A stretch of 64,000 nucleotides of DNA, from the NCBI GenBank assembly GCA_041746575.1, contig JBGTGT010000011.1, positions 32,001 through 96,000 of the forward strand, written 5' to 3'. The position numbers and the translations under genes were made by a program. How positions within the stretch are numbered: position 1 is the first letter of the stretch; the number at the start of each line of letters is the position of its first letter. This stretch comes from Microcystaceae cyanobacterium (lineage in GTDB: Bacteria > Cyanobacteriota > Cyanobacteriia > Cyanobacteriales > Microcystaceae). The notes under the pieces were generated by a model. The model saw nothing but the letters and a program-made list of their open reading frames with translations. It ran no database searches and was not told the DNA's origin. Shown piece by piece: positions 1-8,683 of the stretch.

Positions 1-35
1 TTTTGATGCTTCGTGCTTAACCCAAACTGACGTTA
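1..35 (+). mobile_element. Probable right end (TIR) of an IS982-like element continuing upstream of the window
   Basis: GCTTAACCCAAACTGACGTTA at 15-35 shares AACT(G/C)ACGTTA with the right TIR of the MITE at 17533-17547. The transposase is not in the window. Confidence 0.45.
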
Positions 36-75
36 GAATAAGAAGGGTTTGATAACGAGAGGAATAATTGTAAAA

Positions 76-978
76 ATGACGGCGGTTACTCTTGCTGAAG
101 CCTCTAAACCCAACGAACCTCAAATCTGGTATTGGCGAGGTTTTCCCATTATTTACCAACAACAGGGTGAATCGGGTCCTCCGGTAGTCTTTGTGCATGG
201 TTTTGGGGCATCTTTGGGTCATTGGCGTAAAAATATTTCCGTTTTGAGTCAAAATTGCCGCTGTTATGCCCTTGATTTAATTGGTTTTGGCGGTTCAGCA
301 AAACCGAGTCCTTATACCGAGATTGAGTACACTTTTGAGACATGGGGACAGCAAGTAGCTGATTTTTGTCGGGAAGTGGTAGGAAAACCCGCTTTTTTGG
401 TCGGAAATTCTATCGGTTGTATTGTGGCGATGCAAACGGCGGTCGATAACGCGGAATGGGTACGGGGCTTAGGAATTCTTAATTGTTCTTTGCGGCTCCT
501 ACATGAGCGAAAGCGAATAAATTTACCTTGGTATCGAAATCTAGGGGCTTCTTTCATGCAAAAGCTTCTGAGTAATCCTCAAGTGGGTCGTTTTTTCTTT
601 CAACAAATTGCTAGACCTAACACAGTTCGCCGAATTTTGTTGCAAGCCTATTGTCGCCGTGAAGCCGTAACAGAGGAATTAATTGAAATTTTAATGAAAC
701 CTGTCAAAGATCAGGGTGCTAGCGATGTTTTTCTGGCGTTTACCCGTTATTCGCAAGGACCCCTACCTGAAGATTTATTACCTCGCTTGTCATGTCCGAC
801 GTTTATTTTGTGGGGAACGAAAGATCCGTGGGAATCCATTGAAGAAGGACAAAAATACGCCGATTATTCGGCTGTTGAGCAATTTATTCCTTTAGAAGGG
901 GTGGGTCATTGTCCTCAGGATGAAGCCCCCGAATTAGTCAATCCCATTCTATTAGATTGGATTTTATCAGTAAACTAA
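76..978 (+). CDS. Alpha/beta fold hydrolase
   Basis: HGFG oxyanion motif, GNSIG nucleophile elbow, GHCPQDE His motif. ATG at 76 preferred over TTG at 49. Confidence 0.9.
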   Translation: MTAVTLAEASKPNEPQIWYWRGFPIIYQQQGESGPPVVFVHGFGASLGHWRKNISVLSQNCRCYALDLIGFGGSAKPSPYTEIEYTFETWGQQVADFCREVVGKPAFLVGNSIGCIVAMQTAVDNAEWVRGLGILNCSLRLLHERKRINLPWYRNLGASFMQKLLSNPQVGRFFFQQIARPNTVRRILLQAYCRREAVTEELIEILMKPVKDQGASDVFLAFTRYSQGPLPEDLLPRLSCPTFILWGTKDPWESIEEGQKYADYSAVEQFIPLEGVGHCPQDEAPELVNPILLDWILSVN

Positions 979-1133
979 GGATCTCAGTTGAGCTTAGGGA
1001 TAGGATAATTTTAAGGGCCTTAGCGGTTGGCCACAGCATTCGTTAGGTATGCTATTTATAGAACAGGAAAAATTGAAGAGTCTCTGCTCTTCGCTCTCCT
1101 TAATTTGCTCTAATTCAGATCAGACGTCCTATT

Positions 1134-1733
1134 ATGTCTGTGCTTCGTGTTGGTATTGCCGGCCCTGTGGGGTCTGGAAAAACGGCTCTTTTAGAGGCAT
1201 TGTGCAAAGCGTTGCGAGATCACTATCAAATTGCGGTAGTGACCAACGATATCTATACTCAAGAAGATGCTCAATTTTTAGTCCGTTCTCAAGCGTTAAG
1301 TGGCGATCGCATTATTGGGGTAGAAACAGGAGGATGTCCTCATACAGCTATTCGCGAGGACGCATCGATGAATTTAGTTGCTATCGAACAATTAGAGGCA
1401 CAATTTAAGCCCCTAGATTTGGTTTTCTTAGAAAGTGGGGGAGATAATCTAGCTGCCACCTTTAGCCCTGAATTAGTGGATTTAACCCTTTATGTCATTG
1501 ATGTCGCCGCCGGAGATAAAATTCCCCGTAAAGGAGGTCCCGGTATTACAAAATCAGATTTATTAATTATTAATAAAATTGATCTTGCGCCTTTAGTGGG
1601 GGCAGATTTAAACATAATGCACAGGGATGCTCAAAAAATGCGAGGCGACAAGCCTTTCGTCTTTACCAATCTAAAAACCAAAGAAGGCTTAGAGATGATT
1701 CTGACATTTATCAAGCAACAAATTCCTACTTAA
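1134..1733 (+). CDS. ureG: Urease accessory GTPase UreG
   Basis: GPVGSGKT P-loop, ETGGCPH, ESGGDNL, NKID motifs. Confidence 0.97.
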   Translation: MSVLRVGIAGPVGSGKTALLEALCKALRDHYQIAVVTNDIYTQEDAQFLVRSQALSGDRIIGVETGGCPHTAIREDASMNLVAIEQLEAQFKPLDLVFLESGGDNLAATFSPELVDLTLYVIDVAAGDKIPRKGGPGITKSDLLIINKIDLAPLVGADLNIMHRDAQKMRGDKPFVFTNLKTKEGLEMILTFIKQQIPT

Positions 1734-1752
1734 AATCCTTTGAACTGCCCAA

Positions 1753-3513
1753 TTAAGCCACTTGCACTTTTGCGATTCGCCAGCAATTTCTGCCACTATT
1801 TTTTGCTAAAAATAAAGCTTGGTCTGCTTGTGTAATTAAATCGTTTGGGATGTGGGTTTCCGCCGGAATTTGACTGGCAATCCCCATACTAGCAGTGACA
1901 AAAGGACTTCCTGCGGGTTTATCTGGGTGGGTAATTTCTAATTCTTTAATGGCTTTTTGAATCTCTTGGGCAAGGGTAATTGCGCCTTGTTGTTCTGTAT
2001 GGGGTAAGATAATCATAAATTCTTCGCCTCCCCAACGAGCCAGCAGGTCGGTTGAACGTTTTAGAACGGATTGAATGGCTTGAATCACTTTAATCAAGCA
2101 AGTATCTCCGGCGGGATGACCATAGACATTGTTATAACGACCAAAATAATCTAAATCTAAGATAATAAGCGATAAATAAGCTTTTTCTCTTTTTAATCGT
2201 TGCCATTCTTTTTCCAGCACTTCCTCAAGGTAACGACGGTTGGCAATTTTTAATAATGGATCAAGGCGAGTTAATTCTTCGAGTTGTGCCGCCTGTTGAC
2301 GAGAATAATTGAGTAAGTCAGCGTGTTCTAAGGCAACATTAAAATGTGCCGCTAAAGCCCTCAAAAATTCTATTTCTGAGTCTTTCCATTCACGGGGCGC
2401 GCTACATTGATGAATACAAAGTAATCCCCATAAGGCCTGACTTTTCAGGATGGGAATCACGATTTGCGCTTTAATTTGAAATTGCTTTAGCAGATCAACA
2501 TAGCAATCTGTCAAGTTATGTTGATCAATATCGGAGAGAATTTGCATTCTCCCTTGAAGATACAATGGTAAGAAGCGATCGGCAAAGCAATGATTTTGTA
2601 ATTGCCGATCAATCACCGTCCCATACAAAGGTAATGTGTTTTCAGCGATAAATTGACCCCCTTCGCGATGACTTTCCTCGGCAAATTGAAAAATAGCTAC
2701 CCTATCCGCTTTCATCGCTCGGCGGACTTCTTTGGCTGTGATACTAAAGAGGGTCGCTAAATCAAGAGATTCGCGAATTTCCGTGATAACCTTGTACAGA
2801 ATTTGCTGCTTTTGGTTAGCTTCCTCTAAATCACGGGCTTTTTGCTCTGCTTTTGCTAGAAATTCTGCTTGTTTCACCGCAAATCCCAATTGAGTAGCGA
2901 CTTGGGATAAGTAAGTCAGTTCTAGGGAACGCCACTGATAAGGTTGAGAATGCTGATAAGCCGCTAAAATCCCCCATAATTGCTGACCAATAAAAATTGG
3001 TGCAGTGGCATAAGCACGAATCCGAAATTGCTCTAGCATTTCAATGTGACATTGAGATAAACTAGCTTGATAGATATCTGATACCACCAACATCTCGTTA
3101 TGACGATATCTGCCGCCTTGATTTTCTTGTAAGTAAGTATCATTCCAAACAGTATTTTGACCTAAGACCTCTATATACTGCCAAGCAGGTTGAGAAAATT
3201 CAAAATCGTGGACAAATTCGCCCCCCCAGTCTTCAGAAAAGCGATAAATGGCCATTCTTTCTACTCTTAAAAGTTTACAGGTTTCTTTGGTTGTTGTCTG
3301 AAAAATGGTATCTAAGTCCAAAGATGCGCGTATTTTGCTGATAACACGATATAAAGCCTGCTGTTGTTCCTTGATTTGTTCAATCTGCCTTGTTTTTTCT
3401 CTGAGTTGTTGTTGCCATTCTTTCGCAGAGGGAATTCCCCCGATACGGCAAGCGATATCGGTTATCCATTGTGCAAGGGGAAATAAAAAAGAATTTTGTT
3501 GCTTAACAGTCAT
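1753..3513 (-). CDS. Diguanylate cyclase with two cyanobacteriochrome GAF domains (GAF-GAF-GGDEF)
   Basis: GAF1 WNDTYLQENQGGRY...CHIEML; GAF2 NHCF...DCY; C-terminal RSTD I-site and GGEEF motif. Confidence 0.9.
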   Translation of the reverse strand: MTVKQQNSFLFPLAQWITDIACRIGGIPSAKEWQQQLREKTRQIEQIKEQQQALYRVISKIRASLDLDTIFQTTTKETCKLLRVERMAIYRFSEDWGGEFVHDFEFSQPAWQYIEVLGQNTVWNDTYLQENQGGRYRHNEMLVVSDIYQASLSQCHIEMLEQFRIRAYATAPIFIGQQLWGILAAYQHSQPYQWRSLELTYLSQVATQLGFAVKQAEFLAKAEQKARDLEEANQKQQILYKVITEIRESLDLATLFSITAKEVRRAMKADRVAIFQFAEESHREGGQFIAENTLPLYGTVIDRQLQNHCFADRFLPLYLQGRMQILSDIDQHNLTDCYVDLLKQFQIKAQIVIPILKSQALWGLLCIHQCSAPREWKDSEIEFLRALAAHFNVALEHADLLNYSRQQAAQLEELTRLDPLLKIANRRYLEEVLEKEWQRLKREKAYLSLIILDLDYFGRYNNVYGHPAGDTCLIKVIQAIQSVLKRSTDLLARWGGEEFMIILPHTEQQGAITLAQEIQKAIKELEITHPDKPAGSPFVTASMGIASQIPAETHIPNDLITQADQALFLAKNSGRNCWRIAKVQVA

Positions 3514-3828
3514 TATGCAATCACCAAAAAGGGCGATAACCTTAAGTTAACGATGAAGACAAAGGATGAGGAATAGACAACCGTAAGGACTTCAGCTATC
3601 TTGCTTTAGTGTGCTTATCACCCTATTGTTGATATTCTTTCAATCTCTTATTGTATCAAAATAACTTCTGACTTGACTCAAAAAAGATATCGCGTTTCTT
3701 AAGTAGATGAGATACAAAGCTCAACTGCGATCGCTCAGAGATTTATCCGTTTATAATACTCCACTTAAGTAAAAGCCGCAATATTCTTAAAAATTCAATC
3801 TTCCTAGTCAGCTTAGTTTTTTGGAAGC

Positions 3829-4452
3829 TTACTCTTTTTTTTGTAGATAGTTAACAATGGTTTTGTGAACTTCCTCTTTTGATTTTATCGCATTAACTTG
3901 TAATAATTTTCCTGAGTAATCTTTAAATAATTTTTCATAATTTTGACGAACGCTGGTTAGTTTTTCCTGCGTTTCATAAATTTCTTTAGTAGAGCGATCT
4001 TGAATTCGTAAAAGGGAGGCTTCTACGGGAAGATCACAATAAATCACTAAATCGGGTTGAGGAAAATCATGATTTAAACGTTGAATAAATGCCCAATCTT
4101 CCGAGGTATTTCCATTATAGGCAAAGGAAGAAAAATAATAACGAGTGGTGATCACATGACAGCCATTTTTCTTAATTAATTTAAAAACCCCGTCTTGCTG
4201 ATTATACAAGTGATGATGACGATCTGCCGCAAACAAATAAGCCATTTGTTGATCGAATAACAAAGAATCCTCAAATGCAAAAATAGGGTGTTGCATTCCT
4301 TGACGGATAAGTTTACCGATGATTCCCTCGGTTGGTTCAGGGCTTAAGACGGCTTTCTGATTGTGTGTGATAAAATAATGTTGCAATAATGCCGCTTGGG
4401 TGGACGTTCCTGAGCCATCAATTCCTTCTAGAACAATAAATAAAGGTTTCAT
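3829..4452 (-). CDS. tmk: Thymidylate kinase (dTMP kinase) family protein
   Basis: FIVLEGIDGSG, EPT, LFAADR, RYYFSS, PDLVIY motifs. The P-loop Lys is replaced by Thr. Confidence 0.8.
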   Translation of the reverse strand: MKPLFIVLEGIDGSGTSTQAALLQHYFITHNQKAVLSPEPTEGIIGKLIRQGMQHPIFAFEDSLLFDQQMAYLFAADRHHHLYNQQDGVFKLIKKNGCHVITTRYYFSSFAYNGNTSEDWAFIQRLNHDFPQPDLVIYCDLPVEASLLRIQDRSTKEIYETQEKLTSVRQNYEKLFKDYSGKLLQVNAIKSKEEVHKTIVNYLQKKE

Positions 4453-4471
4453 TTTTTACCGATAACGCTAC

Positions 4472-5884
4472 TTAGATAAACCAAGCTTGGATCCATTGGG
4501 GAAACTTTCGATATTTTATTAATCTTTGTTGTTGCCATTGTAGGGCTAATTGGGACAGAATATAGGCAAAGCCTTCGGAAGGGAACCCCTTGTGCATCAG
4601 GTTTTGTAGGGGAATTTTCTGTTTCATCGCCAAAGCGATCGCCCCCATATATTCCTCGGCATGATACCCTAAAAGATGCGCTCCTAAGATTTGACCATTT
4701 TGATGGACGATTAATTTTATTCTACCCTCCGTTACGCCTAATAACTGAGCAGAAGGAAGGGATTGAAAATTCTTTTCTACGACGCTAATTTTAGCCTGAT
4801 ATTGTTGCTTTGCTTGTTTTTCTGTGAATCCAACTCTCGCAAAGGTGGGATCTGTTAAAACAACATAAGGAATAAAACGATAATCCATTTTAAACAGGGC
4901 AAAACCCAAAATATTTTTCAAAGCAATATCTATTTCGGCTTGCGTAATATGTCCTTCAATTTCGCCCCCAATAACACTTCCTACGGCATAAACATTAGAA
5001 CAATGGGTTTGGAGTTTTTGATTTACCTTAATTCTTTTTTGATCAAAATTAATTCCTATTTCTTCTAGGTTTAAATTTTGGATATTGGGTTGAGACGAAG
5101 AAATGACGATTATCCCATCCGTTACGATGCCTTGATTGTCAATCTGTAGCCAAATTTTATCTTCGATGCGTTTGATATGAGTCACATGCGAATTAAGAAA
5201 AACGTGAATCCCTTCCGCTTCTAAATGCGCTAAAAGATAACGGTTAATTTCTCTTTCTTCTTGCCCTAATAAATCCGGTTGATCGGTAATTAATTGAATT
5301 TTTTTGCCCAATTGTTGTAAACATTGTGCTAGTTCAACACCCACATTACTTTGGCTAAGAATGGTCAAATTTTGGGGCAATTGAGTCAAATTTTTAGGTA
5401 AATCCTCAAGCCTAAAATAGCCAACGTCTTTTAATCCTTGAAATTCAGGAATTTGATAACGTGATCCCGTTGTAATGAGATAAGCAGAACTGGATAAAGA
5501 GCGAGTTTCTGTGATAAAAATAGGATTGGACTTTTGTTTAAATTGACCTGACGCTAGGATAATATCTACACCCATTTCCCCTAATTGAGATAAAGAAATC
5601 TCCTCGAAAGGATAGTGCCACCATGGTAAAACTGAATTCGCAAAAGCATTGATTTCTACATCATTTTTGATGATTCCCCATGTTTTGAGCCTTTGATGGT
5701 GTTTAGCTGAATGGGATAAATAGCTCAATCCCTGCCGAAAACTCGCTTCTTCCCTATTTTTACGACCTTCAAATGGCTGTTCAACAAGCGCAACTCGAAT
5801 TTTGAGGTGAATCGCTCTGACAGCCGCATATCGCCCTGCTGGTGTGTCGCCAATAATTACTAAATCATAATCTTTCAACATCAT
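4472..5884 (-). CDS. Pyridine nucleotide-disulfide oxidoreductase-like (mercuric reductase/DLDH fold), degenerate motifs
   Basis: YDLVIIG, TGS, NVYAVGSV, PYVVLTDP, GQILGAH dimerisation domain. No CxxxxC motif. Confidence 0.8.
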   Translation of the reverse strand: MMLKDYDLVIIGDTPAGRYAAVRAIHLKIRVALVEQPFEGRKNREEASFRQGLSYLSHSAKHHQRLKTWGIIKNDVEINAFANSVLPWWHYPFEEISLSQLGEMGVDIILASGQFKQKSNPIFITETRSLSSSAYLITTGSRYQIPEFQGLKDVGYFRLEDLPKNLTQLPQNLTILSQSNVGVELAQCLQQLGKKIQLITDQPDLLGQEEREINRYLLAHLEAEGIHVFLNSHVTHIKRIEDKIWLQIDNQGIVTDGIIVISSSQPNIQNLNLEEIGINFDQKRIKVNQKLQTHCSNVYAVGSVIGGEIEGHITQAEIDIALKNILGFALFKMDYRFIPYVVLTDPTFARVGFTEKQAKQQYQAKISVVEKNFQSLPSAQLLGVTEGRIKLIVHQNGQILGAHLLGYHAEEYMGAIALAMKQKIPLQNLMHKGFPSEGFAYILSQLALQWQQQRLIKYRKFPQWIQAWFI

Positions 5885-5950
5885 TTAAGTCACGTTTGTT
5901 GCCAACAATCGGTCTTGTTTAAAGCAAAAAAGAATTCCGTTTTCTTATGC

Positions 5951-7069
5951 TTAACCTTGTAAAAATTCATCTAAATCGGGGATATTAACCCATGCTTTCT
6001 GACGATGGGATTGATGGGTTAAATCCATTAATAACTGAGAATAAACTCCTTCTTTAAGAGAGGGAATTAGGGATTTTCTTTGTTCAATTCCCCTGAGCCA
6101 TTGATCAATAACTCGCATAAAAGGAGCTAATCGTCCATCGGGGTAAACTTGAGGAAAAGCTAAACGTTGAGGAATCTCGATTTCTTTGAAGGCTTGTCCA
6201 ACAGGAGCGGCAAAAAGACGAAATCCGTGAACATAGTCCTTGAGATTGTCGCTTCCTAAGACTAACGTGCCTTTATCACCATAAATTTCAATCCAGTGAC
6301 CTCTTCCGCTATAGGTGACCGAACTCAGGGATAATTGACAAGGAATCTCATGCTCTAATTCTAAGGTAATTAAACAGGTATCATCGGCATCTACCGGCTT
6401 TAGGCGATTATTGTCAAGGGGATCAGGACGTTCTGGGATAGCGCAACCCAAATAAGCAGATAGTCGTTTTATTTTACCAAATAACCAGTGAATATAATCA
6501 AAAGCATGAGAACCGATCGCCCCTAAAACCCCTCCTCCTTTATCCTTTTGTGCATACCAATTCCAACTTCTTTCGGGATGAGCGCGACTTGCCACTAACC
6601 AATCAATTTTAATCAAACGCGGCGTTCCGACATAACCTTGTTGAAGATATTCAGCCAAACATTGCCATGAAGGTACAAACCGAAACTCAAAATCAGCGAT
6701 CGCTGTTAACCTGTTCTGTTGCGCCAAGTGATACAATTCTCTGGTTTGGTAAGCGTTTAAATTTAAAGGTTTTTCCAACAATAGATGTTTTCCGGCATTT
6801 AACACCTGTTTGGCCATCTCGTAATGCAGAAAGGGTGGTGTAGAAATACTAACTGCCGCTACTTCAGGAAGGGACAAAATGGTAGATAACCGATTTAAGC
6901 CGTAAGGAATCGCATATTTGTCAGCAATATCTTTGGCTTTCTCTAAATCCCGATGATAAATTGCCACTAATTCTGTATGGGGATGCTGTTGAAATCCGGG
7001 GATGTGAATCGCTTGGCCAAAACCCGTTCCTACAACGGCCACCCCGATTTTTTTTTGATTAACACTCAT
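5951..7069 (-). CDS. Gfo/Idh/MocA family oxidoreductase
   Basis: GTGFG Rossmann motif, AGKHLLLEKP, GGGVLGAIGSHAFD. Confidence 0.92.
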   Translation of the reverse strand: MSVNQKKIGVAVVGTGFGQAIHIPGFQQHPHTELVAIYHRDLEKAKDIADKYAIPYGLNRLSTILSLPEVAAVSISTPPFLHYEMAKQVLNAGKHLLLEKPLNLNAYQTRELYHLAQQNRLTAIADFEFRFVPSWQCLAEYLQQGYVGTPRLIKIDWLVASRAHPERSWNWYAQKDKGGGVLGAIGSHAFDYIHWLFGKIKRLSAYLGCAIPERPDPLDNNRLKPVDADDTCLITLELEHEIPCQLSLSSVTYSGRGHWIEIYGDKGTLVLGSDNLKDYVHGFRLFAAPVGQAFKEIEIPQRLAFPQVYPDGRLAPFMRVIDQWLRGIEQRKSLIPSLKEGVYSQLLMDLTHQSHRQKAWVNIPDLDEFLQG

Positions 7070-7199
7070 AATCCTTGATGGTGAAGGCTTAATTATGAAT
7101 TATAAGGGGGTGAGTGTCAAAATAGCTAAGAAAAAGGCAATTAGCATTCTTTAAATTCCTACTATCTTAAGAAAATAAAAATTCTCTTTGCAAAAAAAA

Positions 7200-7505
7200 C
7201 TAAGTTCTAAAGTTGAGTCTTGATTGCTCTTTGCCGATAGTAGGAGCCAGAACAATGCCAATTGCTGCACTGTTGTTCCCTAACCATAGTAATTATGGGA
7301 CAGTTTCCGTGAGAACACCAGCGAAGTTTAGGATCTTAACTTCTAAGTTAAGACAAATTCCTGAAAGCTTTACAATATAAAAACGATAGATATTTTGGAC
7401 TCGAAAAACGTTTGTTAACTTCGGGCTTAACTTCCTTAACTTCGGGTTTAACTTCCTTAACTTCGGTCTTAACTTCTTGGGGATTTCAATTCCTATAGAA
7501 ACCAT
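7200..7505 (-). pseudogene. Degenerate small coiled-coil plus C-terminal hydrophobic-helix gene
   Basis: Joining frames gives MVSIGIEI/QEVKTEVKEVKPEVKEVKPEVNKRF/...LNLEVKILNFAGVLTETVP*LLWLGNNSAAIGIVLAPTIGKE, which needs two frameshifts and passes one internal stop. Confidence 0.45.
7415..7476. repeat. Tandem repeat, 21-bp unit (TTAACTTCGGNNTTAACTTCC) x3, six TTAACTTC copies
   Basis: Read directly from the sequence. Encodes EVKPEVK heptads on the minus strand. Confidence 0.9.
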
Positions 7506-7707
7506 AATATGATCCAATGTTCAAAGCCTCATTCTCTCGACAGAAAACCCGACGCTCTCCTGCATTGTGAGGGAATCGTGTTACCCTGAAAGAATAGGGA
7601 TATCGTAAGGGGAAGTCCAAAAACACTCCTTTTAAGGTAACCTGCCATTCAAGCAGAGAAAACTAAGGCCGTCAGGCGTTGTTAAACATCAGAGAGGATA
7701 AATTTCA

Positions 7708-8040
7708 ATGCCATCGACATCTCAAGGCATATTAAGGGAATTAGCCAAAGACGGGAATCCAGCAGCGATCGCTACACTACTCAATCAAACTCTTGAATTA
7801 CGTCAAGTTTCGGCTAAAGTGTCTATACAAGGCGATCGCTTAAAAATTGTTTTACTCTCACAGGGGATGACGGATCAAGCGAGTTTAATCTTTTTACTCA
7901 TGCAAGAAATTCAGCAAATTCAGGATCTTCCTTGTCCCAAAATTAAAGTTCATTGTCATTTGAAAACCCAATGTTTTATTAATAGCCAATATCAGGACAG
8001 TATTCAATATAACGTTTGGATTTATCAGGGAAATATCTAA
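7708..8040 (+). CDS. Hypothetical protein (cyanobacterial N-terminal LAKxGNPxAIAxLLN-type domain)
   Basis: 110-aa ORF with a GAGG upstream. The motif resembles a recurrent cyanobacterial domain. Confidence 0.6.
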   Translation: MPSTSQGILRELAKDGNPAAIATLLNQTLELRQVSAKVSIQGDRLKIVLLSQGMTDQASLIFLLMQEIQQIQDLPCPKIKVHCHLKTQCFINSQYQDSIQYNVWIYQGNI

Positions 8041-8165
8041 AGCAAATCAAGGCTGTATTTCTCAAACATTCAAAAAATCTTTAGATTTTGAGGAGAAGAT
8101 TGCTGGAACCCTAAAATAAAAGGCGAGATTCAAAACGAACATTCAGTTTTTGAGGTCAATCAGAG

Positions 8166-8651
8166 ATGGGTACGCTCTACGACGCCGTGATTCAGTTTTT
8201 TGAAGATGACGACTGGAAATTTATGGAAGTCGCACCGGGTAAAGCACTACGTCTAGGCGTTTCCGGACGAAATGGTGAATACGATTGTTATGCTGTGATT
8301 AACGAAGAACGGGAGACCTTTCGCTTTATGTCTCAAGTTCCTGTTAAAATTCCCGCCGATCAACGCTTAATTGTGGCTGAATTTTTAACCCGCGCTAATT
8401 ATGGTTTAACCATCGGTAACTTTGAAATGGATTTTGAAGATGGTGAAATTCGTTATAAAACCAGTATTGACGTAGAAGGCGATCGCTTAACTCCTCCCCT
8501 TGTCGCTAATTTAGTGAATGCCAATATCTTAACGATCGATCAATATTTTCCGGGGATTATGAAAGTCGTTTATGGAGGCGTTTCCCCCGAAGAAGCGATT
8601 CAATCTATTGAAGACGAAGAAGATGCAGAGGATGAAGAAGATGAAATCTAA
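8166..8651 (+). CDS. YbjN domain-containing protein (T3SS chaperone-like fold)
   Basis: AEFLTRANYGLTIGNFEMDFEDGEIRYKTSID signature and an acidic tail. Confidence 0.85.
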   Translation: MGTLYDAVIQFFEDDDWKFMEVAPGKALRLGVSGRNGEYDCYAVINEERETFRFMSQVPVKIPADQRLIVAEFLTRANYGLTIGNFEMDFEDGEIRYKTSIDVEGDRLTPPLVANLVNANILTIDQYFPGIMKVVYGGVSPEEAIQSIEDEEDAEDEEDEI

Positions 8652-8683
8652 AGATTATAATAGCTTATCGGTTAAAATACGTT

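Noticed and set aside
1049..1408. 119-aa Cys/Ser-rich ORF
   Set aside because: Alternative frame over ureG. The other short antisense or overlapping ORFs in the track lie inside well-supported genes and are rejected for the same reason.
7415..7476. Possible CRISPR array
   Set aside because: Units are contiguous with no unique spacers, too short, and no cas genes are nearby.
7293..7517. 74-aa ORF with PKLRKL repeats
   Set aside because: Probably the wrong frame of the tandem repeat. The EVK frame looks more protein-like and is reported as a pseudogene.
7560..7660. Possible cobalamin riboswitch upstream of cbiG-cobJ (GGGAA, GGGGAAG, ACCTGCC words)
   Set aside because: Core elements such as CCGGTG.AA.TCC and AACTGT are missing, and two unrelated genes intervene.
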